This document shows positions 60,155 through 64,000 of a stretch of DNA of 64,000 nucleotides, one piece after another (position 1 is the first letter of the stretch; every line of letters begins with the position of its first letter). The DNA lies in assembly GCF_009914755.1 (NCBI RefSeq), contig NC_060933.1; one strand, 5' to 3'. The DNA is from the human T2T-CHM13v2.0 reference genome, Homo sapiens. The translations under genes and the position numbers were made by a program. The notes beneath the pieces are model-generated. The model saw nothing but the letters and a program-made list of their open reading frames with translations, ran no database searches and had not been told where the DNA came from.

Positions 60155-61098
60155 TGTACAGCAAAATAAAATTCTAAGGCTCCCCAACCTTCTGAATGGA
60201 CCTCTCCTCTCAGCCAAGGACATTCCAAAGTTAACCTGAAAAGCTTGTTCTGCTCAGGCTATTGATATTGTTTGGCTGTGTCCCCACCCAAATCTCATCT
60301 TGAATTCCCACATGTTGTGGGAGGGACCTGGTAAGAGGTAATTGAATAATGAGGGCAGTCCTTTCCCATGCTGTTCTCATAATAGCGAACAGGTCTCACA
60401 AGATCTGATGGTTTTAAAAAGAGGAGCTTCCCTGCAGAAACTTTTTTTTTTTTTTGCCTGCTGCCATCCATGTAAGATGAGACCTGCTCCTCCTTGCCTT
60501 CCATCATGATTGTGAGTCCTCTCCAGCCATGTGAAACTGTAAGCCCAAAAAACCTCTTTCTTTTGTAAACTGCCCAGTCTCAGGTATGTCTTTATCAGCA
60601 GTGTGAAAATGGACTAATACAGCCGTAATGGAAGCAGGAGTTGGACGTGCCTCATTATGCCCTCCTCCCTTTTTGAATTCAGGAAGAGCCAACCAGCATT
60701 TACAATCTATTGTCTCTGAAGCTTGCTACTTGGAGGCTTCATCTGCATGATAAAACCTTGGTCTCCACAACCCCTTATTGTAACCTAGACATTCCTCTCT
60801 ATTGATAATAACTCTTTCAACCAATTGCCAATCAGAAAATTTTTAAATCTACCCATGACCTAGAAGCCCATTCTTCAAGTTGTCCCACTGTTCCAGATCA
60901 AATCAATGTAAATCTTACATGTGTTTGATTGATGTCTCATGTCGCCCTAAAATGTATAAAACTAGGCTGTGGCAGGACCACCTTGGGCATATGCTCTCAG
61001 GATCTCCTGAGGGCTGTGCCGTGGACCATGGTCACTCATATTTGGCACAGAATAAATCTCTTCAAATATTTTACAGAGTTTGACTCCTTTTATTGACA
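60155..61098 (+). mobile_element. MER4B-like solo LTR (ERV1) interrupted by THE1A
   Basis: TGTACAGCAAAATAAAATTCTAAGGC ... TTTGACTCCTTTTATTGACA; perfect TSD CTTG. Confidence 0.88.
60263..60621 (+). mobile_element. THE1A solo LTR nested in MER4B
   Basis: TGATATTGTTTGGCTGTGTCCCCACCCAAATCTCATCTTGAATTCCCAC ... GGACTAATACA; decayed TSD GCTAT/GCCGT. Confidence 0.92.
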
Positions 61099-61396
61099 CT
61101 TGGGAGAGGAATATGACTGAACAGGTCATGCAGGATCTTCTGGGTACTGTGTTTTTAAATATATGTGTGCTAGTCACATGTGTGTTCACTTTGAAAATTC
61201 ATGTCCTACACACTTGTGATTTGTGCACTTTTCTACATGTGTGTTAGACTTGAAGAAAAAGGTTTTAAAATGAGATAACCTTTTTCACTTATCCAGCTGG
61301 CAATTATTCAAAATATTGGATAGCATGCATTGTCAGGCTACAAGGAAGGTGTGACTCTTAGACATTACTGGTCAGAGAATAAATTGGTATTAAGTC

Positions 61397-62374
<978 letters not shown>

Positions 62375-62379
62375 AGCCC

Positions 62380-63245
62380 AACAAAGGTGATTTGGGAAAG
62401 TATCCAGTATCCAGCAATTTTACTTCCAGAAATTTATCCTAAGGCTATTCTTGCACACATGTGAAATGCTGTATCTATATATACTAGCAAAAGATCAAAA
62501 ACAATCTGAGTTTTCTTCAAGGCAAAAAAAAGATGAATCAACTGTGGCTCATCTGTATATTGAACCGCTATGCAGCTGTTAAGAAAGAATAAGGAGGCCA
62601 GGCCTGGTGGCTCACGTCTATAATCCCAGCACTCTGGGAGGCCGAAGCAGGTGGATCACCTGAGGTCAGGAGTTTGAGACTAGACTGGCTAACATGGTGA
62701 AAACCCGTCTCTACCAAAAATACAAAAATTAGCTAGGCATGGTGGAGCATGCCGGTAGCCCCAGCTACTCGGGAGGCTGAGGCAGGAGAATCGCTTGAAC
62801 CTGGGAGTCAGAGGTTGCAGTGAGCCGAGATTGCACCACAGCACTCTAGCCTAGGCGACAGAGTGAGACTCCTACTCCAGAAAAAAAGAAAAAAAAAAAA
62901 AACAAGAAAGAAGGAAAGAATAAGGAAGATACTATGCATTAATAACAAAAGTCCTTCAAGATATATTTTAACTGGAAAGAGCAACCTACTAAAATACATA
63001 CAGTATGTTCCCATTTGCATGAGAAAGTGGCATTAATAAATAATATATACCTGTATTAAGTTGTATAAACATGAAATTCTTGGGAAGGGTAAACAAGAAA
63101 CACAATAATTGTCACCTGGCTGGGAGTGGAGGATGGGAACTAGGAAGATGAAGGTCTTTCTCTATTTATTGTACCATTTTATAGTTTTGATGCTCAAAAC
63201 ATGTAAATGATTTATCTGTTCCAATGACTACATTTTAAAAAATTA
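62380..63245 (+). mobile_element. L1ME-type 3' end (related pieces at ~60010-60150 and 61100-61396)
   Basis: CCAGCAATTTTACTTCCAGAAATTTATCCTAAGG, CTATGCAGCTGTTAAGAAAGAA. Confidence 0.7.
62596..62911 (+). mobile_element. AluSx-like
   Basis: Full Alu; TSD A(A/G)GAAAGAATAAGGA. Confidence 0.93.
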
Positions 63246-63918
63246 TTTGAGGAGGAAAAGATTTTTTAAAAATGTGTGACATATATCCAAGTTCCCAGAG
63301 AGCTGGGACTCACACTTGTGTCTTTCTGATGTCATTTCAGATAGCCATCAGACAGCTGGTAGGGGTGTCTACTGTCCTAACCTGTCCCTAACCTATTTTA
63401 CTGCTGAAATAGGCTAAACAGGCTGAAGAGTGAAAAAGGCTAGGGACAGGCTAAAGGGTAAGGCTGAAGTAGGCTAGGAACAGGCTAAAGACCTCTCTTC
63501 TCCCTGTACTGGGAGCAGGATAGAGAGGCGAGTAGGATAATGAAATCCTTTTTTATCTTCAGAAACATATATTATTACCTTTCGAAATCCTCGATGTCAG
63601 GATTGTCTTAGCTTTCCAGCTGGGTACCAAAGGACAAGGACACCGATGCTAGTTAAGATGCAGCAGTTCACCTTGGCCCCCGCACCACTGTTTAGAGTCA
63701 TGCCACTGCCTCTCTCAGCTGCCCACAACCCACCTACCTGCCTCCCCACTTCAGAGCTGGGCTTTTAACCTAGAAGCCGTTTTACATGCACAGCTTCTCT
63801 GCCTTCCCTTCCCACCTCCCCCTGCAATTCACAGTTCACTGCACTGACTACTCTCTCTCAGGCCACAGAAAAGCATGGCCTGCTCAGCACATGGCTTAAT
63901 TTTTCATAATTATTAAAG

Positions 63919-64000
63919 TTTATTTTTATTTTTGTAGATTCAGGGGTATATATGCAGGTTTATTACATGTATATATTACATAGTGGTGGGGTTTGGGCTT
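63919..64000 (-). mobile_element. L1PA/L1PB 3' end (runs off the window)
   Basis: TTTTTGTAGATTCAGGGGTATATATGCAGGTTTATTACATG...GGTTTGGGCTT. Confidence 0.8.

Overview
Primate genomic DNA, almost certainly human (it carries an AluYa5 with all five diagnostic bases and an L1PA2). It is AT-rich, intronic or intergenic, and mostly interspersed repeats. I recognise no host protein-coding exon, tRNA, rRNA or CRISPR array. Almost all ORFs in the track are L1 ORF1/ORF2 fragments or chance frames in THE1, Alu, L1 or LTR sequence. Main elements: a near full-length, frameshifted L1PA2 (6407-12424, minus) inserted in an MLT1 LTR; a complete THE1A LTR-internal-LTR element (3009-5275, TSD ATCCT); four MER4-family solo LTRs; several other MaLR/ERVL LTRs; long old L1M elements; about 14 Alu/FLAM copies; and DNA-transposon relics (Tigger2a, MER58, MER63, MER96B, MADE2). 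I found no convincing novel biological system. The best leads are a young 5'-truncated AluYa5, 11 non-L1 bases at the L1PA2 5' junction, a possible L1-antisense-promoter transcript reaching a 155-aa LTR-derived ORF, a twin-primed (inverted) L1MA, a duplication with a templated-insertion signature, and a degenerate 54-bp array split by an LTR. Subfamily names come from remembered consensus sequences and need RepeatMasker/Dfam confirmation. Boundaries of old elements are approximate.
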